From positions 24,860 to 88,859 of the forward strand of contig CALVXP010000001.1 in assembly GCA_944371525.1 (NCBI GenBank): a stretch of DNA of 64,000 nt, written 5' to 3'. Position numbers and translations under genes: made by a program. This document shows positions 10,110 to 20,994 of this stretch, piece after piece. The notes beneath the pieces are model-generated. The model did no database searches. It saw only the letters and a list, made by a program, of their open reading frames with translations, and had not been told where the DNA came from. Each line of letters opens with the position of its first letter. Positions within the stretch are counted from its first letter, which is position 1. Origin of the DNA: an uncultured Bacilli bacterium. GTDB taxonomy: Bacteria; Bacillota_I; Bacilli_A; RF39; UBA660.

Positions 10110-10808
10110 CTAGGTATTTTTTGCTACTTTTTTATTCATTATTAAATAACTTATTAGAAGTCCTATAATTGATAAAATAAATATTAAAGTATTATATCCT
10201 GTTAAGTAAATTACAATAATATTAGCAGCCATATGCATTAATATAGTTAGTTTTATATTCTTATATTTTATATAGAATAATCCAAATACTATCCCTAAAA
10301 TAAAAGCATATATCATTGTTACTACTCCATTATGTAAAAAAGAAAATATAAACGAAGACAGTAGTAATGCTACATATTTATTATTAAATTTAAGTAATTC
10401 TGTTAATAATTTTTTTCTGAATAAAAGTTCTTCTAAAATTGGTCCTAAAATACCACTAGAAATAAATAATAAAATTTTATTTACTTCAATTACTTCATTA
10501 CCTTCTCCAAATTTAAAGATTATCATATTAAAGAAACATGCTAATGATATTCCAAATAGTACTGCGCCATAATAATCTTTTAAAGGTAATGATGGTTCTT
10601 TTTCACGATATTTATTTAATAATACCATAACTAATATAGCATAAATAAATGTTAATACTATATATCCTTTATTTATATAAAATGACATTAAATCTTCACC
10701 GTTTAGTATCATATATAAGATTCCAATTCCAAATATCAAAGAATATTGAATAACCATAACAACAATAATATCTTTCATTGCTTTAATTAATTTTTTTAAA
10801 TATTCCAT
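10110..10808 (-). CDS. CPBP-family (CAAX) intramembrane metalloprotease
   Basis: EELLFR, FSFLHN and MHMAAN motifs. Multiple TM segments. Confidence 0.75.
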   Translation of the reverse strand: MEYLKKLIKAMKDIIVVMVIQYSLIFGIGILYMILNGEDLMSFYINKGYIVLTFIYAILVMVLLNKYREKEPSLPLKDYYGAVLFGISLACFFNMIIFKFGEGNEVIEVNKILLFISSGILGPILEELLFRKKLLTELLKFNNKYVALLLSSFIFSFLHNGVVTMIYAFILGIVFGLFYIKYKNIKLTILMHMAANIIVIYLTGYNTLIFILSIIGLLISYLIMNKKVAKNT

Positions 10809-10845
10809 AGCAATTCCTCTTAAAAAAAGTAGACTAAAAACTAGA

Positions 10846-11709
10846 CTACTTCTCTATTCTTTCTTTTAAATATTCTTTTAACGGTTCTTTTAAGTCATCT
10901 CTTTCTAATGCATAGTCAAGCGTAGCCTTAAGGTAACCTAATTTACTACCAGTGTCATAATAAGTAGCATCCATTATACATGCATAAAAGTCTTGTTCTT
11001 TCATAAGTTCTTTCATTGCATCAGTAAATTGATATTCACCACAAGCACCTTTACTAATTTTTTCTAAAATATCAAAGATTTCTGGTTTAACAATATATCT
11101 TCCTAATCCTGCTATATTTGAAGGTGCTTCTTCTTGTTTAGGTTTTTCTACAATTGTTTTAATCTTATTAGTACTTTCATCTGCAAATGAAACGATTCCA
11201 TATCTACTTACTAAATTTTTATCAACTTCCATACATCCAATTATATTAGCATTATTTTTTTCATATGTGTCAATTAATTGTTTTAATGCTGGAACATCTG
11301 ACTTCATTATATCATCACCATATAGTACTGCAAAAGGGTCATTACCTACAAATGTTTTAGCAAGTCTTATAGCGTGTCCACTTCCTAATGGTTCACCTTG
11401 TCTAATAAAATAAATATTAACATTTCCTTTTATATTTCCTAATATTTCTAGTTCTTCTATTTTTCCTCTTTCTTCCATTCTTTTTTCTAGTTCATAGTTA
11501 ACATCAAAATAATCTTCAATTATCTTTTTATATGGACTAGTTATTAGTAATATATCTGTAATACCTGATGCAACTGCTTCATCAATTATATATGATAATG
11601 TAGGTTTATCTACAATTGGAAGCATTTCTTTTGCCACTGATTTTGTAATAGGCAAAAATCTTGTTCCCATTCCCGCGACTGGGATTACTGCTTTAGTTAC
11701 TTTTTTCAT
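10846..11709 (-). CDS. galU: UTP-glucose-1-phosphate uridylyltransferase
   Basis: AVIPVAGMGTRFLPITK nucleotidyltransferase signature. Confidence 0.85.
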   Translation of the reverse strand: MKKVTKAVIPVAGMGTRFLPITKSVAKEMLPIVDKPTLSYIIDEAVASGITDILLITSPYKKIIEDYFDVNYELEKRMEERGKIEELEILGNIKGNVNIYFIRQGEPLGSGHAIRLAKTFVGNDPFAVLYGDDIMKSDVPALKQLIDTYEKNNANIIGCMEVDKNLVSRYGIVSFADESTNKIKTIVEKPKQEEAPSNIAGLGRYIVKPEIFDILEKISKGACGEYQFTDAMKELMKEQDFYACIMDATYYDTGSKLGYLKATLDYALERDDLKEPLKEYLKERIEK

Positions 11710-11760
11710 AGATTCCTCCTAGTTTCATTATAACAAATATATTCAAAAAGGCAAGTATTT

Positions 11761-12330
11761 CTAATAACTTTCCATATCTACAAGATTACCAATGTATACC
11801 GTTTGCATATTATCATCATTAAGAGTACAAGTAATTAAAGTAATAGTTCTAGTATCATTATCTTTATGTATTGTTATTTTACCATTCTTTTTTTCATTAT
11901 AAATATTTACTATTTTATATGTATATTTCTTTCCATTATAGTAAATATAACAATAATCATTAATAACTAATTTATATAAATATCTAAAATATGATACTTC
12001 ACTAGTCCCTGAATGACCTGCAATTACCAAATTACCATTTCCTATATCTGGCATATTAGAAGAATCAATTATTTCTAAATTTTGATTAACATTATTTTGA
12101 AACGAATCTATATTATATAATCCTTTTTTTAAGTTTATTTTAGGTATTTCTAATATCATTAAATATTCATTTATATTAGTATCTTTCTTATTATTATCAA
12201 CTTTTTCTTTTTCAAAGAACATATTTATATTATTTTTTTCTATTATATCTTCTTTTTTATTATTAATAATTGTATTAAGTACCCACATTATACTAACCCC
12301 TATTAAAAGAAATCCTATTTTTTTTATCAT
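11761..12330 (-). CDS. Sortase
   Basis: N-terminal anchor, LVIAGHSG motif (His) and ITLITCT (TLxTC). Overlaps the upstream adhesin gene by 38 nt. Confidence 0.75.
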   Translation of the reverse strand: MIKKIGFLLIGVSIMWVLNTIINNKKEDIIEKNNINMFFEKEKVDNNKKDTNINEYLMILEIPKINLKKGLYNIDSFQNNVNQNLEIIDSSNMPDIGNGNLVIAGHSGTSEVSYFRYLYKLVINDYCYIYYNGKKYTYKIVNIYNEKKNGKITIHKDNDTRTITLITCTLNDDNMQTVYIGNLVDMESY

Positions 12331-13813
12331 ATATTATTAAACTAACTCCTGCACAAAAGATTCCTAAAATACTAAATGATTTAGTGTAATCTTTATTTAA
12401 TAAAGTATTAGGTACTTCTATTACTGGTTCATTTTCTACAGTTAAATTAATTACTTCTTTATTTTCTTTTATTTCAAAATATATTTTATTACTATCTAAA
12501 ATATATCCCTCTACTGTTTCTACTTCTATAAGATAATATTTTCCTAAAGGTAAGTTTTCTATTAAAATTTTTCCTTCTTCATTAGTTAATACTTCCAATA
12601 CAAATTCATCTTTTTCTGTATATAATTGAAATTTAGTATTAGGTAATTTATTCCCATTAGTTTTATCTATTTTTATTAATTCTAAATTACCTTTTGGTAA
12701 TTGATTTTCTATATTTAAATTCGATATAGCTAAACTAAGATTATCTTTATCATATATTAATTCAATTTTATGCTCTGTATCTGTTACAATATTTCCCATA
12801 GATGAAGATACTTCTTTTAAGATATATTTTCCAAAGTATAAATCGTTAATCGTTATTTTTCCTTCTTCATTCGTTTTGTAAATACCAATTACATCACCTT
12901 TATTATAAATAGTTTTACCTTGAACTATAATTGGCTCATCTACTGTTAATTCAAAAACTACATTACTTAAAGGTATATTTTCGTAGAGTATGCCATTATC
13001 TAATTTAAAAGTTTCTCCTATTTTATTTATTTCTATTTCTCCAGAATGAATATTGATATTCACATTAGCCATTTTATTTTCTAAATAACCTGATGTAAGA
13101 AATTTTTGAGAACTTCCTGCATAATAAAACATAAATACTTCATCTGTATAACTTTTTCTTTTTAAATTTATAGAATTAATATTATCTAATATATATAATT
13201 TGTTATCAGAAACATAAGATTTATCTGTATCCATTATTTCATAATCATTTAGTACTAAATTATTATCTTCAATTACAATATCTTGTCCTTTAATAAAATC
13301 AAAAGTATTGTTATTGAAAGACGGCAATAAATTGTTTTTATTTACTTTATCTAAAATGTTGTTTTTCTCTTGTTCTACATCAATTCTAGGTCCATGTACT
13401 TGATCTATGCTTGTCCAATATACTTCGCCTTTACCATTTAATACAGTTTCCCAAATTAATTCTTGAGCCGCTAAAAAATATTTTATATCACTTTTATTAA
13501 AGTAATCATATCCATAATAAGCAATTAACTTTATTCTTTCTTTTATTTCATTTGGTAAATTTAATTCATTAAAATTACTAGTAGAACTATAAATAGAAGT
13601 AGTTATATGGACATTAGGTTCAATACAATAGGCTGTTTTACCATTCATTATAAATAAATCTTGTAAATATAAATAATATTCCCCATCAGACATTTCAAAT
13701 ACTGCGTATATATCCCCAATATATTCTTGTTTTAATCTAGAATCATTTGTTTCCCCTTTTATGCTAATTGGCATAATTAATAACATTATAATTATAAATA
13801 TTATTTTTTTCAT
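12293..13813 (-). CDS. Cell-wall-anchored adhesin with a thioester domain (TED) and two CnaB-type domains
   Basis: Signal peptide. AYCIEPN (thioester Cys) and AAQELIW (TQxAIW-like Gln motif). Two prealbumin-like GKYxLxEVxxxxGY repeats. C-terminal hydrophobic stretch plus charged tail. Confidence 0.55.
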   Translation of the reverse strand: MKKIIFIIIMLLIMPISIKGETNDSRLKQEYIGDIYAVFEMSDGEYYLYLQDLFIMNGKTAYCIEPNVHITTSIYSSTSNFNELNLPNEIKERIKLIAYYGYDYFNKSDIKYFLAAQELIWETVLNGKGEVYWTSIDQVHGPRIDVEQEKNNILDKVNKNNLLPSFNNNTFDFIKGQDIVIEDNNLVLNDYEIMDTDKSYVSDNKLYILDNINSINLKRKSYTDEVFMFYYAGSSQKFLTSGYLENKMANVNINIHSGEIEINKIGETFKLDNGILYENIPLSNVVFELTVDEPIIVQGKTIYNKGDVIGIYKTNEEGKITINDLYFGKYILKEVSSSMGNIVTDTEHKIELIYDKDNLSLAISNLNIENQLPKGNLELIKIDKTNGNKLPNTKFQLYTEKDEFVLEVLTNEEGKILIENLPLGKYYLIEVETVEGYILDSNKIYFEIKENKEVINLTVENEPVIEVPNTLLNKDYTKSFSILGIFCAGVSLIIYDKKNRISFNRG

Positions 13814-13960
13814 AAAATCCCCCTAACTTAATTTTTATAATTATATTTTTAGCAAATATTATGTCATTAAATCTCCTCCTTCAACTAAACCCCTCTATAT
13901 ATATTATTGATAAAAAAAATGACAGATTACTTCTTTTTTCTAAAAAAAATAAAAAAACTT

Positions 13961-15340
13961 TCAAAATTTTACATATTCGTTCAATTTTAAAAGCTTATCG
14001 TTAATTTTTAAATACATTGTATATTTACCACTAAGTCCATATGAATTAATATATTTTACATTTTTATTAGTATCTATTTCGTATACTTTCTTACCTAAAA
14101 ATTTGTCTAAAACAAAATATACTTCATCATCTTTATTAAAATCATATTCTAAAACTAATCTATCATATTCTTTATATATATTTATTTTATCTTTGTACTC
14201 TTTAGAAAATAATATATTTATATTCTTATCAGTTGTTTCTGTTTCTCTATATTTTGATAAATATATTCCTTTAGTTATATTAAAATATATATCATTATCT
14301 AAATTAATATTTTCTATATCATATATTTGATTATTAGACTTAATTTTTATTATCTCGTCAACATTTATATTTGGTGTATCCACAAAGTATGTTGATAACT
14401 CATCAGGAACATAATCTTTATTCCCAATTATTTTTTTTATATCTGTTTTTTCATAATCATAATATAAGGTTATATTTTCTCCAGTTAAAATTACTTGATT
14501 AGTTTTCGAATCATATGATAATTGTATATAATTATCACTAGTTTTATATAAATTGTATTCTTTTAACACATTACCTGTTTGTATATCAATTAATTCTATA
14601 TTTTCACTTAAAGACAGTAATTTAGTATCATCAATTTTGTATATTAAACCTTTATATCCGTCTTCTAAATTATATTCATAATATATTTTCCCTAGTAAAT
14701 CGATATGAACTATTCCAGTATTGCTGTTATCATTATTAAGTCTATTGGTACTTAGAAATAAATGATTATTGGAATCTAATTCTATATCCTTAGAATAGCC
14801 TCCTTCTAAATAATATCTTATTTCTCCATATTTATCTATTCCTACAACTCCACTATCTGTACTTATTAAGTTAATTCCAGTAGTTGTTTCCACAACATCT
14901 GTGGATATATCATTATTTTCTACTAAATCTGTTTTTATTTTAATCTCTTTGTCCACAATATCTGTGGATAGAATTACACTATTTTCATAATTAGAATATA
15001 ATCCATAAATTGGTATATAATGCTCTTTCGTTTCATTTGCTTCTTTATATGTTATATCATCATTATTTTTTCCTTTTATAGTTATTGTAAATTTTTCTCT
15101 TTTATCCGTCTCAAACATAATAAGTGCCGTTAAAGGACTATTTTCATATGGATTTACTATTATTTTAGGATTATCAATAGTATACCCATAACAAGTAAAT
15201 GTACTTTCTATTTCACTTTGTAATGTAATTGTATCTTTTACTTCCCTTACTTCTTTTTTAGGAGAAATTAAAATAACTCCAACAATTGTTATAATTATTA
15301 TTGACACTATAAAAGTTATAATAAAATATAATTGTTTCAT
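13961..15340 (-). CDS. N-terminally anchored extracellular protein, possible beta-propeller (ASST-like), unknown function
   Basis: TM helix at residues 5-27. Repeated GxDxxGxIxYxYNL-like blades. Confidence 0.35.
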   Translation of the reverse strand: MKQLYFIITFIVSIIIITIVGVILISPKKEVREVKDTITLQSEIESTFTCYGYTIDNPKIIVNPYENSPLTALIMFETDKREKFTITIKGKNNDDITYKEANETKEHYIPIYGLYSNYENSVILSTDIVDKEIKIKTDLVENNDISTDVVETTTGINLISTDSGVVGIDKYGEIRYYLEGGYSKDIELDSNNHLFLSTNRLNNDNSNTGIVHIDLLGKIYYEYNLEDGYKGLIYKIDDTKLLSLSENIELIDIQTGNVLKEYNLYKTSDNYIQLSYDSKTNQVILTGENITLYYDYEKTDIKKIIGNKDYVPDELSTYFVDTPNINVDEIIKIKSNNQIYDIENINLDNDIYFNITKGIYLSKYRETETTDKNINILFSKEYKDKINIYKEYDRLVLEYDFNKDDEVYFVLDKFLGKKVYEIDTNKNVKYINSYGLSGKYTMYLKINDKLLKLNEYVKF

Positions 15341-15438
15341 TTAATCACTTCTTTACTACTTTTTTATTATACTATATATACTTCTTTATAACAAGTTATA
15401 GTTTAATAAATAATACATATACTAAAATAGGTGATTTT

Positions 15439-15972
15439 ATGAAAAAAACTCGAATTTATGCTGTTATTGGGATATTTATATTATCGTTTTTATGCCATTT
15501 TGTATTTGACTTTTTTCCTTGTATTTTAACTTCTATATTTTTTCCTGTTAATGAGAGTATTTGGGAACACATGAAAATTTTATTCACTGCCACTCTTATG
15601 TATGGTATAATTGACCATCTTATATTAACTAAAAAAAATATTTCTTTTAATAATTTTTCTTTACAACTATTTGCTTCATCCTTTTCAGCTATTCCAATAT
15701 TTTTAGTTATTTATATGCCAATACATTATTTATTTGGAGAATTTTTACCAGTTACATTAGTTATTATGCTACTAACTTATATTATTTGTCAGTATATTTC
15801 CTATAAGATATTAAATTTTAGAGATATACCTTTACTGAATCAGTTGTCTATTATTTTAATAATTATTATGTATGTTATATTTACTTATTTGACTTATTAT
15901 CCATTTGAAAGTTATATATTTTATGATACCACTAAAGGAATTTATGGTATAGAAAAAGAATCTCAAAATTAA
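15439..15972 (+). CDS. Polytopic membrane protein, unknown function
   Basis: 177 aa, five or six hydrophobic helices. Confidence 0.4.
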   Translation: MKKTRIYAVIGIFILSFLCHFVFDFFPCILTSIFFPVNESIWEHMKILFTATLMYGIIDHLILTKKNISFNNFSLQLFASSFSAIPIFLVIYMPIHYLFGEFLPVTLVIMLLTYIICQYISYKILNFRDIPLLNQLSIILIIIMYVIFTYLTYYPFESYIFYDTTKGIYGIEKESQN

Positions 15973-15980
15973 TGAGATTC

Positions 15981-16883
15981 TTATATTTTTAAGTATTTTT
16001 TTACAGCACGCCAACTACCAAACATACCAACTAACATTCCTATTCCTAATAATAATAATGAAGTTAAATATACAAATGGATTTGGTTCTATTAATTTAGC
16101 TAATGATGAAGAGAATAATTTTCCTCCAAAATAATCATATAAAGCAATATAACCATAAATAGTAGCAATTATCGGAATAATTGAACCTATAGCTCCTAAA
16201 AATAATCCTTCTATAATAAATGGTACTTTAATTGAAATATTAGAAGCCCCTACTAAACGCATTATTTCGATTTCTGTCTTTCTTGCAAATATAGCAAGTT
16301 TTATTGTATTGGCAATCAAAAATGCTGTTACTATTACTAATGCTATTACTGCTCCAATACATACTTTTTCAATTACTTTAAATACTGTTACTAATTGATC
16401 TACTATATCTTCACCATAATTTATGGTATTTACTTTATCTATCTTTTTAATTTCGCTTACAGTTTCTTTTATTTCTTCAACATTTTTCACTTTTAGCATA
16501 AAACTATCTAATAATGGGTTAGTATCATCAGTCCACCCATCAACTACTGTTTCAAATATTTCATTTCCTTCTTTGGCTTCGTCTGCAGCCTCTTGCTTAG
16601 TTTTAAATTCAATACTAGCTATATTATCCATTTTCTTTAATTTTTTTTCTATTTCATTTACTTGTTCTTCTGTTGTATCATTATCTAAGAAAACTACTAC
16701 TGTAACATCTTTTCTAATTGATTCAGCAAAATTTTCTACATTGTATGAAATAACTATTGATACAGCTACTACTATAAGTGTAATTGTAATACATGAAATT
16801 GATGCTAATGATAAAGGAAAATTTCTTACTACACTTTTGGCAGCATCTCTAAAATATCTTTTTATTGTTCTAAGCCCTTTCAT
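15981..16883 (-). CDS. ftsX: Cell division ABC transporter permease FtsX
   Basis: FtsX topology. Start moved to [10 protein letters not shown] (RBS AAAGGA 9 nt upstream), giving a 14-nt overlap with ftsE. Confidence 0.8.
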   Translation of the reverse strand: MKGLRTIKRYFRDAAKSVVRNFPLSLASISCITITLIVVAVSIVISYNVENFAESIRKDVTVVVFLDNDTTEEQVNEIEKKLKKMDNIASIEFKTKQEAADEAKEGNEIFETVVDGWTDDTNPLLDSFMLKVKNVEEIKETVSEIKKIDKVNTINYGEDIVDQLVTVFKVIEKVCIGAVIALVIVTAFLIANTIKLAIFARKTEIEIMRLVGASNISIKVPFIIEGLFLGAIGSIIPIIATIYGYIALYDYFGGKLFSSSLAKLIEPNPFVYLTSLLLLGIGMLVGMFGSWRAVKKYLKI

Positions 16884-17565
16884 TATAATACTGTCCTTTC
16901 TCATAATCTTTTACAAGTTTTCCTTCTTCAATAACAATTACCCTCTTCTTCATTTTATTTACTATTTCTCTATCATGAGTTGCCATAATAATAGTAGTTC
17001 CCATATTATTTATTTCTTCTAACACCTTCATAATTTCCATACTTGTATCAGGATCTAAGTTACCTGTGGGCTCATCGCATATCAATAATTTTGGTTTGTT
17101 TACTATTGCTCTTGCAATAACTACTCTTTGTTGTTCTCCTCCCGATAATTGATCCGGATATTGTCTTACTTTATGTTTAAGTCCTACTAACTCTAAAACT
17201 TGCATTACTCTTTTATATATTTCTTTTTTATCCCATGCAAAAACTTCTAGAGCAAAAGCAACATTTTCATATACTGTAAGTTTAGGTAATAATTTAAAGT
17301 CCTGAAAAACTACACCTAACTTTCTTCTTAATATATATACTTTCCTATTTTTTAACTTAGCGACATTAATGCCTCCAATTATTATTTCCCCTTTATCTGG
17401 TTTTTCTTCACGATAAAGCATTTTTATTAATGTACTTTTACCAGATCCAGAAGCACCAATTACAAAGACAAATTCACCTTTTTTTATACTTAAATCAAAA
17501 TCGTATAATGCAACTACACCATTTTTATATGTTTTTTGCACATCAGCAATTCTAATTAGTTCCAT
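16870..17565 (-). CDS. ftsE: Cell division ATP-binding protein FtsE
   Basis: Walker [18 protein letters not shown] signature, Walker B. Confidence 0.9.
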   Translation of the reverse strand: MELIRIADVQKTYKNGVVALYDFDLSIKKGEFVFVIGASGSGKSTLIKMLYREEKPDKGEIIIGGINVAKLKNRKVYILRRKLGVVFQDFKLLPKLTVYENVAFALEVFAWDKKEIYKRVMQVLELVGLKHKVRQYPDQLSGGEQQRVVIARAIVNKPKLLICDEPTGNLDPDTSMEIMKVLEEINNMGTTIIMATHDREIVNKMKKRVIVIEEGKLVKDYEKGQYYNERA

Positions 17566-17650
17566 ACTTCATTCCACCTTTTTAACATTTATAATTATAA
17601 CATACTATTTTATTTTTTCATATAGATTTTTTTAAATCCAATAATTTTAC

Positions 17651-17674
17651 AAAAAAAAGAGGATTATCTTCCTC
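17651..17674 (-). terminator. Intrinsic terminator overlapping the yitT stop codon
   Basis: GAGGA-6 nt-TCCTC followed by U8 on the minus strand. Confidence 0.5.
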
Positions 17675-18554
17675 CACTAACCTCATAAGTATCTGTAATT
17701 AAGAAAAATGAATTTTTATCTAATTCTTGAACAAATTCTTTAACAATAAAATATTCTTTTGTAGGAATTGTAGCCATAATTATTTTATTTTTTTTGTTTG
17801 AATATCCTCCTCTTGCATCAATAATAGTAGCACTATGTCCTAACTTATTAATTATGAATTCCTTTACTTCCTCATCTTTATCTGTTACTATATAAAATGT
17901 TTTAGATTTTGATACACCAATTATAACTCTATCTGTAACCACAGAATATATATATATTGTTGATAATGCATAGATAGTTTTATCAATTCCAAATACGAAA
18001 GCACCTAAAATTAATATAGCAATATTTACAATTAAATTAGCATGTCCAATAGATATTTTACAATACTTATTTAAAATTTGATTTAATATCATTGTTCCGC
18101 CATTGGAAAATCCTGTTTTTAGCATTAAACCAAGACCTAAACCATATATAATTCCTCCAAATAATATTGTCAAAAACATACTTGAAGATCCAAACTGAAT
18201 ATATTTTGCAAGAATTTCTGTGATCATTATAAAAACCGGATATAAAACTGTGCCTACTACTGTTCTTGTTGTTGTTTCCCATCCTAAAAAAATTAAACTA
18301 AATATTAATAATATAAGAGATGATATAGCAATAAATAATGAAGGATTTATATTTAATAATTCTCTAAATATAATAGATAATCCAGTTGTTCCACCACATA
18401 CTATATCATTAGGAGAATAAAAAATAGTAAAAGCAAATGCAGTTAAAAATAGTCCAAATATAAATGTAATATATTTTTTTATTAAATGTTTTGTATTGAT
18501 ATTTAAGAGAAGTTCTGTTACATCAAAATTATCTTTTTTATCTAACTTTTCCAT
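17664..18554 (-). CDS. YitT-family membrane protein (DUF161/DUF2179)
   Basis: Paralog of the following gene. Same family architecture. Confidence 0.7.
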   Translation of the reverse strand: MEKLDKKDNFDVTELLLNINTKHLIKKYITFIFGLFLTAFAFTIFYSPNDIVCGGTTGLSIIFRELLNINPSLFIAISSLILLIFSLIFLGWETTTRTVVGTVLYPVFIMITEILAKYIQFGSSSMFLTILFGGIIYGLGLGLMLKTGFSNGGTMILNQILNKYCKISIGHANLIVNIAILILGAFVFGIDKTIYALSTIYIYSVVTDRVIIGVSKSKTFYIVTDKDEEVKEFIINKLGHSATIIDARGGYSNKKNKIIMATIPTKEYFIVKEFVQELDKNSFFLITDTYEVSGGR

Positions 18555-18559
18555 TTTAA

Positions 18560-19447
18560 TTACTCCTTATTACTTACCTCATATGCATCGCATACTAAGA
18601 AAAATATGTTTTTATCTATTTCTTTAAGTCCTTCTTTTACCACAAAATATGATCTAGTAGGAACGACACCTAATAATAGTTGTTGCTTTTCATCACTATA
18701 TCCACCTTTAGCATTTATTATTGTAACTCCACCATTCATAATGGATAACATAAAATCTCTTACTTCCTCTACTTTATCTGTTACTATATAAAATGCTTTA
18801 CTTTGAGAAATACCTAAAATAACTTTATCAGTAAGTATACTAATTATGTACAATACTATCGCTCCATATAATACAATTTCCCAAGAAAACACTATCTTAG
18901 CCGATAATACAACTAATCCATCAACCATTAACATTGATGTACCAAGACTAACTTTACTGTATTTTGATATGATTTGATTTATGATATCAGTTCCTCCTGT
19001 TGTAAAACCAGTTTTAAATATAATTCCATATCCTATTCCTGTAAGTACAGCTCCAAATATAGCAATAACTATCATTTCAACATCCCCTAATGGGATATAT
19101 GCAGTAAGAGGAGATGTTAATTTTACAAACAAAGGAAATATTAAAGAGCCTATAACTGAATTTTTAGTTTTATCAATACCTAATGTAAAAAAACTTATAA
19201 TTAATAAAACTATGTTACCTATAAAAATAAATAACGATGGATCTACTCCAAATTCATTTACAACTATTGATAAACCACTTATTCCAAAACATACAATACC
19301 ATATTGTAAAAAGAATAAATTAAATGCAAATGCAACAATAAAACAACCAATTACTAATAACATATATCTTCTAAATAAGTGTTTACTATTAATGTTTTTT
19401 AATATTTCATTTACTCTTTTTTCTCTTAATTTTCTAAAAAATATCAT
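18560..19447 (-). CDS. YitT-family membrane protein (DUF161/DUF2179), tandem paralog
   Basis: Similar to 17664-18554. Confidence 0.7.
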   Translation of the reverse strand: MIFFRKLREKRVNEILKNINSKHLFRRYMLLVIGCFIVAFAFNLFFLQYGIVCFGISGLSIVVNEFGVDPSLFIFIGNIVLLIISFFTLGIDKTKNSVIGSLIFPLFVKLTSPLTAYIPLGDVEMIVIAIFGAVLTGIGYGIIFKTGFTTGGTDIINQIISKYSKVSLGTSMLMVDGLVVLSAKIVFSWEIVLYGAIVLYIISILTDKVILGISQSKAFYIVTDKVEEVRDFMLSIMNGGVTIINAKGGYSDEKQQLLLGVVPTRSYFVVKEGLKEIDKNIFFLVCDAYEVSNKE

Positions 19448-20539
19448 ACTTGCCTCCTTATCCCTTCTATTATAAATTCTTCTATATTTCCATTTAATAC
19501 TCCTTCTACATCACCTGTTTCATATCCTGTATCATTGTCTTTAACTAAAGTGTACGGACACATAACATAACTTCTTTTTCCAGAACCAAATCCAATACTC
19601 ATTTGTCCTTCTTTTAATAATCCTAATTCCTTATTTTGTTTTTCTATTTCCAATAAATATAATTTGTTTTTTAAAATTTCAATTGCTTTTTCTTTATTTT
19701 GAATTTGACTTCTTTCATTTTGACAAGTAACTACAATCCCTGTTGGCAAATGAGTTACACGAACTGCACTATCAGTTGTATTTACACTCTGTCCACCTGC
19801 TCCACTACTACGATAAACATCTATTTTTAAGTCATTTTCATTTATTTCCACTTCAATATTTTTATTTATTTCTGGAACTACCTCTACTGATGCAAAAGAT
19901 GTATGTCTTCTTTTATTACTGTCAAAAGGGCTAATTCTAACTAATCTGTGCACTCCTTTTTCACCTTTTAAATATCCATAGGCATCTTTTCCAACAATTT
20001 TTATCATAACACTTTTTATTCCAACCTCTTCACCAAGTTGCTTGTCTATTTCTTCTACCATATAACCTTTATCTTTACAATATCTTGTATACATTCTAAG
20101 AAGCATGTTAGCCCAATCACAACTTTCCGTACCTCCCGCACCAGCATGTATTTCTAGTATACAATTATTATGGTCATATTCTCCTGATAAATAAGTCTCC
20201 AATTTTAAATTTTCTAATTGTTTTTGTATGTCTTCATATTCTATTTCTATTAATTCATATAAATCTTTATCATTTTCAGTTACCAATTCTAACATATTTA
20301 AATTATTTTTTACTTTTTTATTTAAAGATTCTATATTTTCAACTTCTCTTTTTATTAAATTAGTTTCTTTTATAATTTTATTAGCAGTTTCAGTATCATT
20401 CCAAAAATTATTTTCTTCCATTAATTTATTATTTTTATCTAAAATTTCTTTTTTACTATCTACTTCAAAGAAACCTCCATAAATTTTTTATTTCTTCAAT
20501 ACTTTTTTGATAATTATTTACTAGTTCTCTTTTTTCCAT
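19444..20539 (-). CDS. prfB: Peptide chain release factor 2, with programmed +1 frameshift at CUU UGA (20465-20470)
   Basis: Frame-0 ORF MEKRELVNNYQKSIEEIKNLWRFL-stop (20539-20465), with GGAGG 3 nt before CUU UGA. The +1 frame continues EVDSKK...MEENNFW, through the SPF and GGQ motifs, to 19444. Total about 364 aa. Confidence 0.85.
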
Positions 20540-20671
20540 ATATATCACCTATTTTAATTATACATTATAAAAATTTTATTTTAAATAGTTTTCTACTTTT
20601 TTCATATTTTTTTACTAACAATATTATTTTTTGATTTATCTATTATATCTATCCAATCTATAACTAAATAG

Positions 20672-20693
20672 AAAAAATAGACTATTAGTCTAT
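20672..20693 (-). terminator. Weak intrinsic terminator between the secA-fragment region and prfB
   Basis: atagact-att-agtctat hairpin followed by a U5 run on the minus strand. Confidence 0.35.
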
Positions 20694-20714
20694 CTCTTCT
20701 TTTATAAAAATTTA

Positions 20715-20738
20715 TTACTTTCCACAACAATTCTTATA
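20715..20738. repeat. Direct repeat (left copy), 24-nt exact ttactttccacaacaattcttata, extended imperfectly to about 20766
   Basis: Exact match to 25622-25645. About 52 nt aligns with 5 mismatches. Confidence 0.7.
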
Positions 20739-20927
20739 TTTCTTTCCAGAACCACATGTAGTGGGCTTCTCTATATTATCAATATTATTAGTATTTATAG
20801 TATTATCAGTATTTTCTTTAATACTGGTACAAGGTAACATCTGTATTATTAGTATTATTGGTATTATCTTTACTATAAATATTTTATCTACTGTGGACAA
20901 ATTGAGGACATTGTCAACATTCCACAT
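20715..20927 (-). pseudogene. Displaced secA 3'-end fragment: only the last 13 codons ([13 protein letters not shown]) are SecA-like
   Basis: Last 24 nt plus stop are identical to the true secA end (25622-25645). The upstream 57 codons are unrelated and low-complexity. Confidence 0.6.
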
Positions 20928-20994
20928 CCGTTCACTAATATAAGTATACTATATTTTATATAGTATATCAAATGTGCAAAATCAATAATATTTT

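Noticed and set aside
20761-20943. Plus-strand 60-aa ORF overlapping the secA-fragment region.
   Set aside because: Antisense to the fragment ORF, low complexity, and no RBS.
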